Under the pieces are notes generated by a model that worked only from the letters and a program-made list of their open reading frames with translations, was not told the origin of the DNA and searched no databases. DNA of 56,371 bases, taken from NCBI GenBank assembly GCA_035906295.1, contig JAMIFL010000128.1:1-56371 (forward strand). The letters run 5' to 3'. The translations under genes and the position numbers were made by a program. Shown here in pieces: positions 27,208-35,826 of the stretch; position 1 is the first letter of the stretch; every line of letters starts with the position of its first letter. The DNA comes from Alphaproteobacteria bacterium (lineage in GTDB: Bacteria; Pseudomonadota; Alphaproteobacteria; Micavibrionales; UBA1664).

Positions 27208-28704
27208 TCAGGCGGCGGACATTTTTTTGATGGTGGCCGTCGTCGAGAAGCCTTCTTCCAGCGGGATGAGGGCGACGCGGCCACCGTAGGCCTGCACCAC
27301 GCCTGCGCCTACCACGGTATCGACGGTGTAGTCGGCGCCCTTGAACAGCAGGTCGGGGCGCAGGGCGGTTATGAGGTCGAGCGGCGTGTCGTTTTCAGCC
27401 ACGTTTTCGCCGAAGAGGACGACGGCGTCGATGGAGCCGAGCGCCGCGACGACGCGGGCGCGCGCGTCATGGTCGTTCACGGGCCGGGTGGGGCCTTTGA
27501 GGCGGCGGACGGACGCATCGCAGTTGATGCCGAGGATGAGGCGGTCGCATTCGGCGCGGGCGCGGGCGAGCATGGTGACGTGGCCCTGATGGAGAATATC
27601 GAAGCAGCCGTTGGTGAAGCCGACCTTAAGCCCCCTCGCCTGCCAGCGTTCGGCCTGTTCGCGGGCCTGCGCCCATGTGAGGACGGGGGCGATGGTGGTG
27701 GCGGTTGCGCTTTCGGCCAGCGCCATGCGCAAATCATCCGCCGTGATGGCGGCGGTGCCGATTTTTTCGACGACGAGACCGGCGGCGATGTTGGCGAGGG
27801 TTGCGGCGGTTTGCAAATCGGCCCCCGCCGAGGCTGCGGCGGCGAGCGTGGCGATGACGGTATCGCCCGCGCCGGACACGTCGAACACTTCGCGCGCGCG
27901 GGTGCGCAGGTGGGTTGCGCCCTGCCCGTTCTGCACCAGCGTCATGCCATCGGCGGAACGGGTGGCGAGGATTGCGGCGATGCCGCACGTATCGAGCAGC
28001 GATTGCGCGGCGGCGGCGACATCTTCATCCGTCGCGGTGGGTTTGTTTTCAGTTGCTTCCGCCAGTTCGCGGCGGTTGGGCGTGACCACGGCGGCGCCGC
28101 GGTAGCGGGTGTAGTCGCGGCCCTTGGGGTCGACATACACGGGCAGGTTCAGCACCATGAGGGCGGAGAGCAGCGCGGGGGTTACGACGCCCTTGCCGTA
28201 GTCGGACACGATGATGCCGTGGCAGCCGGAGGCCGCGCGGGTGCAGGCGGCGATGAGGGCGGATTCGGTTTCAGGCGCGAGGGGGCCCGCGGTTTCATCG
28301 TCCACGCGCAGGAGGTGGTGGGCGCCCGCGACGAAGCGGTCTTTCTGGGTGGTGGGGCGGGTGGCGTCGGTCACGATATGGGGGGTGACGCCGGGCATGG
28401 CGGCGAGCACGGCATCGAGTTCGGCGCGGGCAGAGTCGCGACCGGCGACCGTGACCAGCGCGGTTTCAACGCCGAGGCCAGCAAGGTTGGCGGCGACGTT
28501 GCCGACGCCGCCCGCGGTTACGGTACGGCGGGTGACGGACAGAACGGGGACCGGCGCCTCGGGGCTTAGCCTTGTGACATCGCCGTAGGTGAAGCGGTCG
28601 AGCATGACGTCACCTATTAACAAGAGGCGGCGGGTCGTTAACTTTTGGAGCAAATCCATGAAATTCGGGGCTTCCTGCATAGGCATTCGATAGGCCAAAA
28701 ACAA
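27208..28704 (-). CDS. hldE: Bifunctional D-beta-D-heptose 7-phosphate kinase / D-beta-D-heptose 1-phosphate adenylyltransferase
   Basis: Kinase N-terminus LLIGDVMLDRFTYG. Cytidylyltransferase motif GFTNGCFDILHQGHV. The real start may be ATG 28659 (MDLLQKL...). Confidence 0.9.
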   Translation of the reverse strand: MFLAYRMPMQEAPNFMDLLQKLTTRRLLLIGDVMLDRFTYGDVTRLSPEAPVPVLSVTRRTVTAGGVGNVAANLAGLGVETALVTVAGRDSARAELDAVLAAMPGVTPHIVTDATRPTTQKDRFVAGAHHLLRVDDETAGPLAPETESALIAACTRAASGCHGIIVSDYGKGVVTPALLSALMVLNLPVYVDPKGRDYTRYRGAAVVTPNRRELAEATENKPTATDEDVAAAAQSLLDTCGIAAILATRSADGMTLVQNGQGATHLRTRAREVFDVSGAGDTVIATLAAAASAGADLQTAATLANIAAGLVVEKIGTAAITADDLRMALAESATATTIAPVLTWAQAREQAERWQARGLKVGFTNGCFDILHQGHVTMLARARAECDRLILGINCDASVRRLKGPTRPVNDHDARARVVAALGSIDAVVLFGENVAENDTPLDLITALRPDLLFKGADYTVDTVVGAGVVQAYGGRVALIPLEEGFSTTATIKKMSAA

Positions 28705-28874
28705 AAAAAACGCAAGGAAACTGCCGTTTTTTGATGAATTACATAAAATCTGCGGTGATTTTCATAAATTGGTAAATCCGTTTTCGTAGACTGGGGCTAT
28801 CGAAAGGTTGCGGCTCGAGGAATTCCAAGGGCAAGCGGCGGAAAACAGAAGATAGCAGAGTGGTGTAAAAAAAC

Positions 28875-29789
28875 ATGCTGAACGCTGAAACGACGAAAAT
28901 GGGTGTGCTGGCTTCCTTCAAGGCGCAACTCGACCGCAACCGCCTCGGTGACCTGCTGGTCAATAACGGGCAGATTACCGACCTGCAGCTTTCCGATGCC
29001 CTGCGCATCCAGAAAATGTCGGGCCTCGCGCTTGGTGAAGTGTTGCGCGAACAGGGCCTGATTTCGGGCGGCGACCTTCGCGTGACCCTGGCCCAGCAGA
29101 TGGCATGGCGCGGCATGGCGGCGGCTTTGGCCTTCGTCATCGGGTTCTCGGCGCTCGGCATTCATTCGGCCCGCGCTACGTCGGCCATGGAAACCGGCGG
29201 TATCAGCCGCCCCGAAATTTCCCAGCAGGTGCAGCCTGCCGCGGTCAACCGCCGCGACATTCCGGCCCCGGCCAACCAGTACCCGGCGCTGTTCGGGACC
29301 GCGGAAGTGCGTTCCGCCGATATTTCACCGTTCACCAAATGGACGGGCGTGATGGCCCGCCTGAACGACCGCACCGCGCCGATGCCGCAAAACCTGGCCG
29401 CGATGGCGGGGCAGAGCGAGCAGGACATGATCCGCGCGGTCAACGCCCACTACAACAAGGTCCGTTACATCGAAGACAAGAACAACTGGGGCACCAGCGA
29501 TTACTGGGAGACGCCGGTCGAGTTCACCAGCCGCGGCGGGGATTGCGAAGATTTCGCCATCGCCAAGTATGCCGCGCTTAAAAACCTCGGCTTCACGGAA
29601 GACCAGATGCGCATCGCCATCGTGCGCGATACGTGGAAGGGCATTCCGCACGCCATCCTCATCGTTTATACCGCCGATGGCGCCAAGTTCCTCGACAACC
29701 AGTACAAGGAAGTCAAGAACGTCGCCGGGTTCGACCGCTACGCCCCGGTGTATTCCATCAACCGCACCGGCTGGTGGCGCCACGTTTAA
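28875..29789 (+). CDS. MshEN-like (c-di-GMP-binding motif) - TM - BTLCP/LapG-like transglutaminase-fold cysteine protease fusion
   Basis: aa 23-46 RLGDLLVNNGQITDLQLSDALRIQ and aa 52-75 ALGEVLREQGLISGGDLRVTLAQQ. TM at aa 78-97. GGDCEDFAIAKY, PHAILIV and LDNQ give a Cys-His-Asp triad. Confidence 0.85.
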   Translation: MLNAETTKMGVLASFKAQLDRNRLGDLLVNNGQITDLQLSDALRIQKMSGLALGEVLREQGLISGGDLRVTLAQQMAWRGMAAALAFVIGFSALGIHSARATSAMETGGISRPEISQQVQPAAVNRRDIPAPANQYPALFGTAEVRSADISPFTKWTGVMARLNDRTAPMPQNLAAMAGQSEQDMIRAVNAHYNKVRYIEDKNNWGTSDYWETPVEFTSRGGDCEDFAIAKYAALKNLGFTEDQMRIAIVRDTWKGIPHAILIVYTADGAKFLDNQYKEVKNVAGFDRYAPVYSINRTGWWRHV

Positions 29790-29843
29790 GGTTTAGCCCT
29801 TAATACACAGAGTTTACCAACTTCAGGCCGCAGTACGTGTACC

Positions 29844-29887
29844 CCGCCCCGCGCGAACCCTTTGTCTTGGGTTTCCGGGGCGGTTTT
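29844..29887 (+). terminator. Possible terminator/attenuator hairpin
   Basis: CCGCCCC (29844-29850) pairs with GGGGCGG (29877-29883), then TTTT. Inner hairpin AACCC/GGGTT. The long loop lowers confidence. Confidence 0.35.
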
Positions 29888-29890
29888 GTT

Positions 29891-30553
29891 ATGGTGCGGC
29901 CCATGGGACACGACCATTCACACGGCAAAGAGCCGCAGGGCTGCTGCGGACACAGCCACAACCACGATTTCGACGGCACGGACCCGGTGTATCGCCGCCG
30001 GTTATGGCTGGTCATCGCCATCAACGCGGTGATGTTCGTGGCGGAGATGGTGGCGGGGGAAATTGCCGGGTCGCAGGCGCTGAAGGCGGACGCGCTGGAC
30101 TTCCTTGCGGATACGCTGACTTACGGCATTTCGCTGGCGGTCATCGGCATGAGCCTTAAGGTGCGGTCCACGGCGGCGCTGGCCAAGGGAGTTTCGCTGG
30201 CGGGCATGGGGCTGTGGGTGCTGGCGTCGACCATTTACCAGGTTTTCGTGCTCAACGTGCCGGCGGCGCCGGTGATGGCGGGGGTCGCGGTCGCGGCGCT
30301 TGTCGCCAACGGAATAAGCGTGCTGCTGCTGGCCAGCTACAAGGACGGGGACGCGAACGTGCGGTCGGTGTGGCTGTGTTCGCGCAACGACATGATCGGC
30401 AATGTCATCGTGGTTGCGGCGGCGCTGGGGGTGTGGAGCAGCGATACGGCGTGGCCGGACCTTATCGTGGCGGCCATCATGGCGGGGCTGTTCTTCAATT
30501 CCGCCATTAAAATTCTGCGCCAGTCAGCCGATGAGCTGCGGCGCGCACAATAA
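29891..30553 (+). CDS. Cation diffusion facilitator family transporter (short form)
   Basis: His-rich N-terminus MVRPMGHDHSHGKEPQGCCGHSHNHDF. TM region with LKADALDFLADT. Start could be ATG 29891 or 29903; ATG 29837 lies 7 nt upstream of the hairpin. Confidence 0.8.
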   Translation: MVRPMGHDHSHGKEPQGCCGHSHNHDFDGTDPVYRRRLWLVIAINAVMFVAEMVAGEIAGSQALKADALDFLADTLTYGISLAVIGMSLKVRSTAALAKGVSLAGMGLWVLASTIYQVFVLNVPAAPVMAGVAVAALVANGISVLLLASYKDGDANVRSVWLCSRNDMIGNVIVVAAALGVWSSDTAWPDLIVAAIMAGLFFNSAIKILRQSADELRRAQ

Positions 30554-30576
30554 TTTTTCACTGAAGGAACGAGAGC

Positions 30577-31938
30577 ATGACACCGGGCGCGCGCATACAG
30601 GCAGCCATCGAATTGTGGGACAAAATCTGGGGCGCGGGCGTGCCTATGGATTCCATCTGCGGGGATTATTTCCGCGTGCGGCGGTATATCGGGTCGAAAG
30701 ACCGGAACGACATCGCGGAACGCGTGTACGCCATGATGCGCAGCTATGCCCGCGCGGGGTGGTGGCTGAAGCAGACCGGCGCGCCGGACACGGCGCGCAT
30801 GCGCGTGGTGGCGGACCTGGCGTTGCGCGACAAGAAGGCGAAGCCGCATATCGCCGACCTTTTCTCGGGCGGGACGCACACGCCGGAACCGCTGGACGAA
30901 CAGGAATTGCAGGCCACGGGGGAACTGGCGGGCCGCGACCTCGATTTCAACGAGATGCCGGACGACGTGCTGGCGGAATGCCCGCCGGAGGCGCAGGCGC
31001 GCATCAAGGCGGTGTTCGGCGATGCGTTCGCGGCGGAAATGGCGGCGATGCGGGAGCCTGCGTCGCTGGACATACGGGCCAACACCATCAAGATCACGCG
31101 GGACAAGGCCATCGAGGCTTTGAAGAAGCACGGCGTGGAAACCACGGCCACCGCGCTTTCACCCGTGGGGCTGCGGGCGCCTGCGCGCGTGCACCTTGCG
31201 GAAACCAAGCTGTTGCAGGCGGGCGTGATTGAAATTCAGGACGAGGGTTCGCAGCTTATCGCGCTGTTGTGCGGGGCGAAGCCGGGCATGCAGGTGCTGG
31301 ACGCGTGCGCGGGCGGCGGCGGCAAGACGCTGGCCGTGGCCGCCGAGATGGCGGGCAAGGGCCGCGTGGTTGCGATGGACAACAACACCCAGCGCCTTGC
31401 GCGGGGCAAGCCGCGGTATGTGCGCGCAGGCATCCACAACGTGGAGGTGCGCCCGCTTGAGGAAGAGCAGCACGCCAAGTGGCTGCGCCGCCAGAAGGGG
31501 AATTTCGACGTGGTGCTGATTGACGCGCCGTGCACGTCGTCAGGCACGTGGCGGCGGAACCCGGATTTGCGCTGGCGGGCGATGGGACCTTCGATGGATT
31601 CCATCATGCAGTCGCAGGCGGAGATTCTGGCGCGGTTTGCCAAGGCGGTGAAGCCGGGCGGCAAGCTGGTTTACGCGACCTGTTCGCTGTACCGCGAGGA
31701 GAACGAGGACCAGGTGAATACGTTCCTCGCGCAGAACGACGATTTCGAGCTGATGCCGCTGGCGGAGGCGTGGGCGGATGCGGGGCTTACCGCTGCGCCG
31801 CCGGCCAATACGTTCAATGGCGGTGAGATGATGCGCCTGAGCCCGAAACAATCGGGGACGGACGGGTTCTTCGCGGCGGTGCTGAAGCGCAAGGGCGCGG
31901 CGCCGCAGGACGCAGAAGAAATTGCGGACGAGGAATAG
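30577..31938 (+). CDS. RsmB/NOP-family SAM-dependent RNA (cytosine-C5) methyltransferase
   Basis: DAPCTSSGTWRRNPD and LVYATCSLYREENE contain the catalytic Cys motifs. AGGGGKT SAM-binding loop. Confidence 0.85.
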   Translation: MTPGARIQAAIELWDKIWGAGVPMDSICGDYFRVRRYIGSKDRNDIAERVYAMMRSYARAGWWLKQTGAPDTARMRVVADLALRDKKAKPHIADLFSGGTHTPEPLDEQELQATGELAGRDLDFNEMPDDVLAECPPEAQARIKAVFGDAFAAEMAAMREPASLDIRANTIKITRDKAIEALKKHGVETTATALSPVGLRAPARVHLAETKLLQAGVIEIQDEGSQLIALLCGAKPGMQVLDACAGGGGKTLAVAAEMAGKGRVVAMDNNTQRLARGKPRYVRAGIHNVEVRPLEEEQHAKWLRRQKGNFDVVLIDAPCTSSGTWRRNPDLRWRAMGPSMDSIMQSQAEILARFAKAVKPGGKLVYATCSLYREENEDQVNTFLAQNDDFELMPLAEAWADAGLTAAPPANTFNGGEMMRLSPKQSGTDGFFAAVLKRKGAAPQDAEEIADEE

Positions 31939-31954
31939 GATTTCGCAAAACAAG

Positions 31955-31981
31955 AAGGGCGCCTGAGGGGCGCCCTTTTTT
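31955..31981. terminator. Bidirectional terminator between convergent genes
   Basis: AAGGGCGCC-tgagg-GGCGCCCTT followed by TTTTT. Confidence 0.8.
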
Positions 31982-31988
31982 ATTATTG

Positions 31989-34529
31989 TCAGTAGATGCC
32001 GCCGGTGCCGCCGAGTGCGCCGGTGGGCGCCTGAGGCGCAGGCTGGGGCCGCGTGCCGTAGCCGGGGTTGGTCGTGCCGCCGCCGGTATCAGGCGTGGTG
32101 GCGTAGGGTTCGGGTTCGTAGCCGGGATCGTTTTCTTCGGGTTCGGCTTCGCGCAGGAAGGCTTCGGTGATGGCTTTCGGGTCGTCCGGCGAGGTGCGCT
32201 GGCCGGTGACGGCGTTGACCTGCACGAGGCTGATGCCGGGCGGGATGCGGAAGGGTACGGGTTCGCGGTCTTTAATATATTCGTCGATGAAGGCGCGGAA
32301 CATGGGGGCCGCGGTCATGCCGCCGGTTTCGTGGCCGCCGAGTTTTTTGGGCGTGTCGAAGCCGACATACATGCCGATGACGAGTTCGGGCGTGTAGCCG
32401 ATGAACCATGCGTCGCGGTTGTCGTTGGTGGTGCCGGTTTTGCCGGCGATGGGGTATTCGACGTCGCCGAGCGCGCTGCGCCCGGTGCCGCGCTGGATGA
32501 CGCCTTCGAGGATGTTGGTCATCTGGTAAGCGACGCGGGGGTCGGTGACGAGGTCTTCTTCCTGCTGGATTTCGGGGACGGGCTGGCCGGGGGTCCATGC
32601 AATGCGGGGGCCGCAATCGGTGCAGGCGCGCGTGTCGCGGGAGTAGACGGTTTCGCCCTGACGGTTCTGGATACGGTCGATGAAGGTGGGCGTGATTTTC
32701 TGGCCGCCGTTGGCGATCATGGCGTAGCCGGTGGCGAGTTTGAGCAGCGTGGTTTCCTGCGCGCCCAGCGAGTTGGCGAGATAGGTTTCCATGGGGGTGT
32801 AGACGCCGAAGCGTTCGACCGTCTGGGCGATGCGCTGCATGCCCAGATGCGCGGCGAGGCGCACGGTGGGCAGGTTGCGCGATTTTTCGACGCAGACGCG
32901 CAGGGTGGTGGGGCCGCCGTACTGGCCTTCCTCGTAGTTGCCGGGGGACCATGTGCCCTGCCCGTAGCCCATGGAGAAGGAGATGGGGGCGTCGAGGATT
33001 TTGGTGGCGGGGGTATAGCCGTCTTCCAGTGCTGCGAGATATTCGAACGGCTTGAAGGCGGAGCCGACCTGACGCTGGGCCTGCGTGACGCGGTTGAATT
33101 CGGATTTCTCGTAGTCCCACCCGCCCTGCATGGCAAGCACACGGCCCGTGTAGGGGTCGATGGCGACGAGGCCGCCCTGCACCAGCGGAACCTGACGCAG
33201 GTGCCAGAATTTGCTGTCGTCCGGTTCGGGTTTTTCTTCCGGCATGGTGCCGTCGGCGTTGGGTTTCGGTTTGGGTTTGCGCTTGTAGTCGAGGAAGGAT
33301 TTGGGGCCGACCATGACGATGTCACCGACCGCGATGGGGACGGTGGCGCCCGTGGCCCATGCGACATCATCCGGATGAAGGGGGTGCGTGTCGCCGCCGG
33401 CGATGCCGATTTCGACGGCCTTGGCGGATTGCTTCAGCACCACGCCGAGCTGCCAGTCGGGCAGCATGCCTTTTTGCAGCGGCACGTCCTGGATGCGGAC
33501 TTCCCAGCCGGGCATCTGTTCAAAGCGCGCGAGGGCGCCGCGCCAGCCGTGGCGGCGGTCATACTGGGTGATGCCGGTGCGGAAGGCGCGTTCGGCGATT
33601 TCCTGCATTTTGGGGTCGAGCGTCGAGCGAACGAGCAGGCCGTCTTTATAGAGCGACATCTGGCCGTTTTTCTCGGCGAGGAAGCGGCGGATTTCTTCGG
33701 CGAAATACGGCGCGCGGACGGCTTCGCGGCGGTCGGCGCGCGGCACGGTGACGAGGGGCTGGAGCTTCGCCATCTGCTGCTGGTCGGCGGTGATGAAGCC
33801 GTCCTGCGCGAGACGGTCGATGACCCAGTTGCGGCGTTCGATGGCGGCGGGCCTGCGGCGCACCGGGTCGTAGTTGTTGGGGGCCTTGGGCAGGGCCGCG
33901 AGGTAGGCGGCTTCCTCTACGCTCAGTTCATCGAGGCCCTTGTCGAAGTAAGCCTGCGCCGCGGCGGCGACGCCGTAGGCACCCTGCCCCAGATAAATCT
34001 GGTTCAGATAGAGTTCGAGCAGGTGGTCCTTCGACATCACGCGTTCCATGCGCAGGGCAAGGATGGCTTCCTTGAATTTACGCTCGAAGCTCACCTCGTT
34101 GGTGAGGAGCATGTTTTTCGCCACCTGCTGCGTGATGGTGGAGGCCCCGACGAGGCGCGAGTCAGAGCCGACGTTACGCAGGTTGATGAGCACGGCGCGG
34201 CCGATGCCGGTGAAGTCGAGGCCTTCGTGCTTGTAGAAATTCTGGTCTTCCGCCGAAAGAAACGCGTGGCTGACCAGCGGGGGGATGGAGGTAAGGGGCA
34301 CGAAGACGCGTTTTTCCTCGGCGAATTCGGCCATGAGGCGGCCATCGCTGGCGTAGACGCGGGTGACCAGCGGCGGCTGGTAGTTTTGCAGCTTGGAGAA
34401 ATTGGGGATGTCGCCGGTGTAGTTTTTCAGCAGGAAAGCGAACAGGCCGAAACCGCCCAGAAGGCCCAGAAAGCCGATTGAGCAGAGCAGCAGAAACAGT
34501 TCAAGGAGGCCGCGCCAGAAACCCTTCAT
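31989..34529 (-). CDS. mrcA: Penicillin-binding protein 1A (bifunctional transglycosylase/transpeptidase)
   Basis: GT51 motifs SAEDQNFYKHEGLDF and RKFKEAILALRME. Transpeptidase motifs SAFK, SRN and KTGTTND. N-terminal TM anchor. Pro/Gly-rich tail. Confidence 0.95.
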   Translation of the reverse strand: MKGFWRGLLELFLLLCSIGFLGLLGGFGLFAFLLKNYTGDIPNFSKLQNYQPPLVTRVYASDGRLMAEFAEEKRVFVPLTSIPPLVSHAFLSAEDQNFYKHEGLDFTGIGRAVLINLRNVGSDSRLVGASTITQQVAKNMLLTNEVSFERKFKEAILALRMERVMSKDHLLELYLNQIYLGQGAYGVAAAAQAYFDKGLDELSVEEAAYLAALPKAPNNYDPVRRRPAAIERRNWVIDRLAQDGFITADQQQMAKLQPLVTVPRADRREAVRAPYFAEEIRRFLAEKNGQMSLYKDGLLVRSTLDPKMQEIAERAFRTGITQYDRRHGWRGALARFEQMPGWEVRIQDVPLQKGMLPDWQLGVVLKQSAKAVEIGIAGGDTHPLHPDDVAWATGATVPIAVGDIVMVGPKSFLDYKRKPKPKPNADGTMPEEKPEPDDSKFWHLRQVPLVQGGLVAIDPYTGRVLAMQGGWDYEKSEFNRVTQAQRQVGSAFKPFEYLAALEDGYTPATKILDAPISFSMGYGQGTWSPGNYEEGQYGGPTTLRVCVEKSRNLPTVRLAAHLGMQRIAQTVERFGVYTPMETYLANSLGAQETTLLKLATGYAMIANGGQKITPTFIDRIQNRQGETVYSRDTRACTDCGPRIAWTPGQPVPEIQQEEDLVTDPRVAYQMTNILEGVIQRGTGRSALGDVEYPIAGKTGTTNDNRDAWFIGYTPELVIGMYVGFDTPKKLGGHETGGMTAAPMFRAFIDEYIKDREPVPFRIPPGISLVQVNAVTGQRTSPDDPKAITEAFLREAEPEENDPGYEPEPYATTPDTGGGTTNPGYGTRPQPAPQAPTGALGGTGGIY

Positions 34530-34579
34530 ATCATTCGCTTATGACACAGATTGAAGGCCAATTAAAGGCACGTCTATGT

Positions 34580-34675
34580 GCGGCCCTCAACCGCCGGGCA
34601 ACCGCCGGGCCGCGCCGCTTCCAGCGGCGCTTTAGGCTCGCGCAGGTTAGCCGCGCGGGGCTGCGGTCGCAGCCC
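34580..34675. repeat. Dispersed multi-hairpin element, copy E3
   Basis: GCGGCCC/GGGCCGC (34580-34613), GCGCCGC-TTCCA-GCGGCGC (34612-34630) and GGGCTGC-GGTC-GCAGCCC (34658-34675). Conserved block AGGCT(C/T)CGCGC(A/G)GGT(T/A)AGCCGCGCGGGG is shared with E1. Confidence 0.75.
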
Positions 34676-34679
34676 TGAA

Positions 34680-35492
34680 TTACGCGCTGCGGGATTTTTT
34701 GTTGAGGCCGAAGAGCGAGGCGAAGAGCGAGCCGCGCTGGCTGCCCTGTGCCGCCGTGCGGTTCTGGTTGCCGGCCTGCACGGTGCGGAAGATGGGGGTT
34801 TGCGCGGATGCTTCGCGTTGCGCCGCTTCGCGCTGGGCCGCGGCCTGTTGTGCGGCCTGCTGCTGGGCCTGCTGTTGCTGCTGGGCGGGTTGCTGCTGTT
34901 GCTGGCGGGGCTGGGCGGTTTGCGCCGGGCGGGCGGCCTGCTGGGCTGCCTGTGCGGGACGCGGGGTGGCCTGCGCGGGTTGCGGGGCCACGTGGTTTAC
35001 GGCGGATTGCTGCATGCGGCGGGTTTCGGCCTGCGCCTTGCGGGCTTCTTCGCGCATCTGCATTTCGGTGATGCGTTCCTCGGCCTGTTTCTGGCTGTAT
35101 TGCGAGGTAATGAGGATCTGCTGGGCCTGTTTTTGCCACAGGTCGCGCTGGACCTTGAGGTCTTCGACCTGGGACATGGCGACGTCGGCCTGTTCCTGCG
35201 CCAGACGGACTTCCATTTTCAGGCGTTCGATTTCGATGGCGTGGCGGGCTTTTTCAAGCTCCATCTCCACGGCGGAGGTGCGGTCGACGTATGAGTCGGA
35301 ATCGCTGTCGCGGGAGGGGGCGCCGCCCTGCGGCTGGATGCCGAAAACGCGTTCGAGTTCGGAGACGTCAACCAAGCGGCGCTGGTTTGCATCCACCTCG
35401 AAGGACAGCTTGCCGGCATTCATGGCGCGCTGGATGGTCGATTTGGATTTACCCGTGAGTTCCGCCGCGCGCTGCGCGCCAACCTTGGCCAT
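34680..35492 (-). CDS. HTH - coiled-coil - Gln/Ala-rich protein, unknown function
   Basis: Start set at ATG 35492: MAKVGAQRAAELTGKSKSTIQRAMNAGKL (HTH-like). Heptad-like central region, QQQQQPAQQQQQAQQQ tract, C-terminal GSLFASLFGLNKK. Confidence 0.6.
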   Translation of the reverse strand: MAKVGAQRAAELTGKSKSTIQRAMNAGKLSFEVDANQRRLVDVSELERVFGIQPQGGAPSRDSDSDSYVDRTSAVEMELEKARHAIEIERLKMEVRLAQEQADVAMSQVEDLKVQRDLWQKQAQQILITSQYSQKQAEERITEMQMREEARKAQAETRRMQQSAVNHVAPQPAQATPRPAQAAQQAARPAQTAQPRQQQQQPAQQQQQAQQQAAQQAAAQREAAQREASAQTPIFRTVQAGNQNRTAAQGSQRGSLFASLFGLNKKSRSA

Positions 35493-35763
35493 GTGCTGTT
35501 GCCCCGTTTCGTCCCGTGCCGGACATGTCATTTTTATATGGAATGCGTCGGACTATAGACGCCCCATGGTTTCAGCATCAAGGATTTTATCATCGCAAGA
35601 AAGGGTCATGGCGGTGTTATCCACGCCTGTGTACGTCCCGGGAACGGGTCAGGCGCGCATCGCTGCGCCGGGATGCACCGCGATTTTCGAGTCATGCGTT
35701 TTTGACTATGCTGCACTGTGACAAACCGTGCGCTTGACGAAAGCATGGGAAATTGTTGAGTTT

Positions 35764-35792
35764 TTGACAGGTAGTCTGGTTTTTAGTATTAT
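35764..35792 (+). promoter_or_regulatory. Near-consensus sigma70-type promoter
   Basis: TTGACA (35764-35769), 17 nt, TATTAT (35787-35792), 35 nt upstream of ATG 35827. Confidence 0.55.
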
Positions 35793-35826
35793 GACAAAAA
35801 AATAAAAGAACAGGGAATGGCATACC

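Noticed and set aside
31986-34481. 831-aa plus-strand ORF opposite mrcA
   Set aside because: Shadow ORF: G/A/V/D/R-rich and low complexity, while the minus strand encodes an unmistakable PBP1A with all catalytic motifs.
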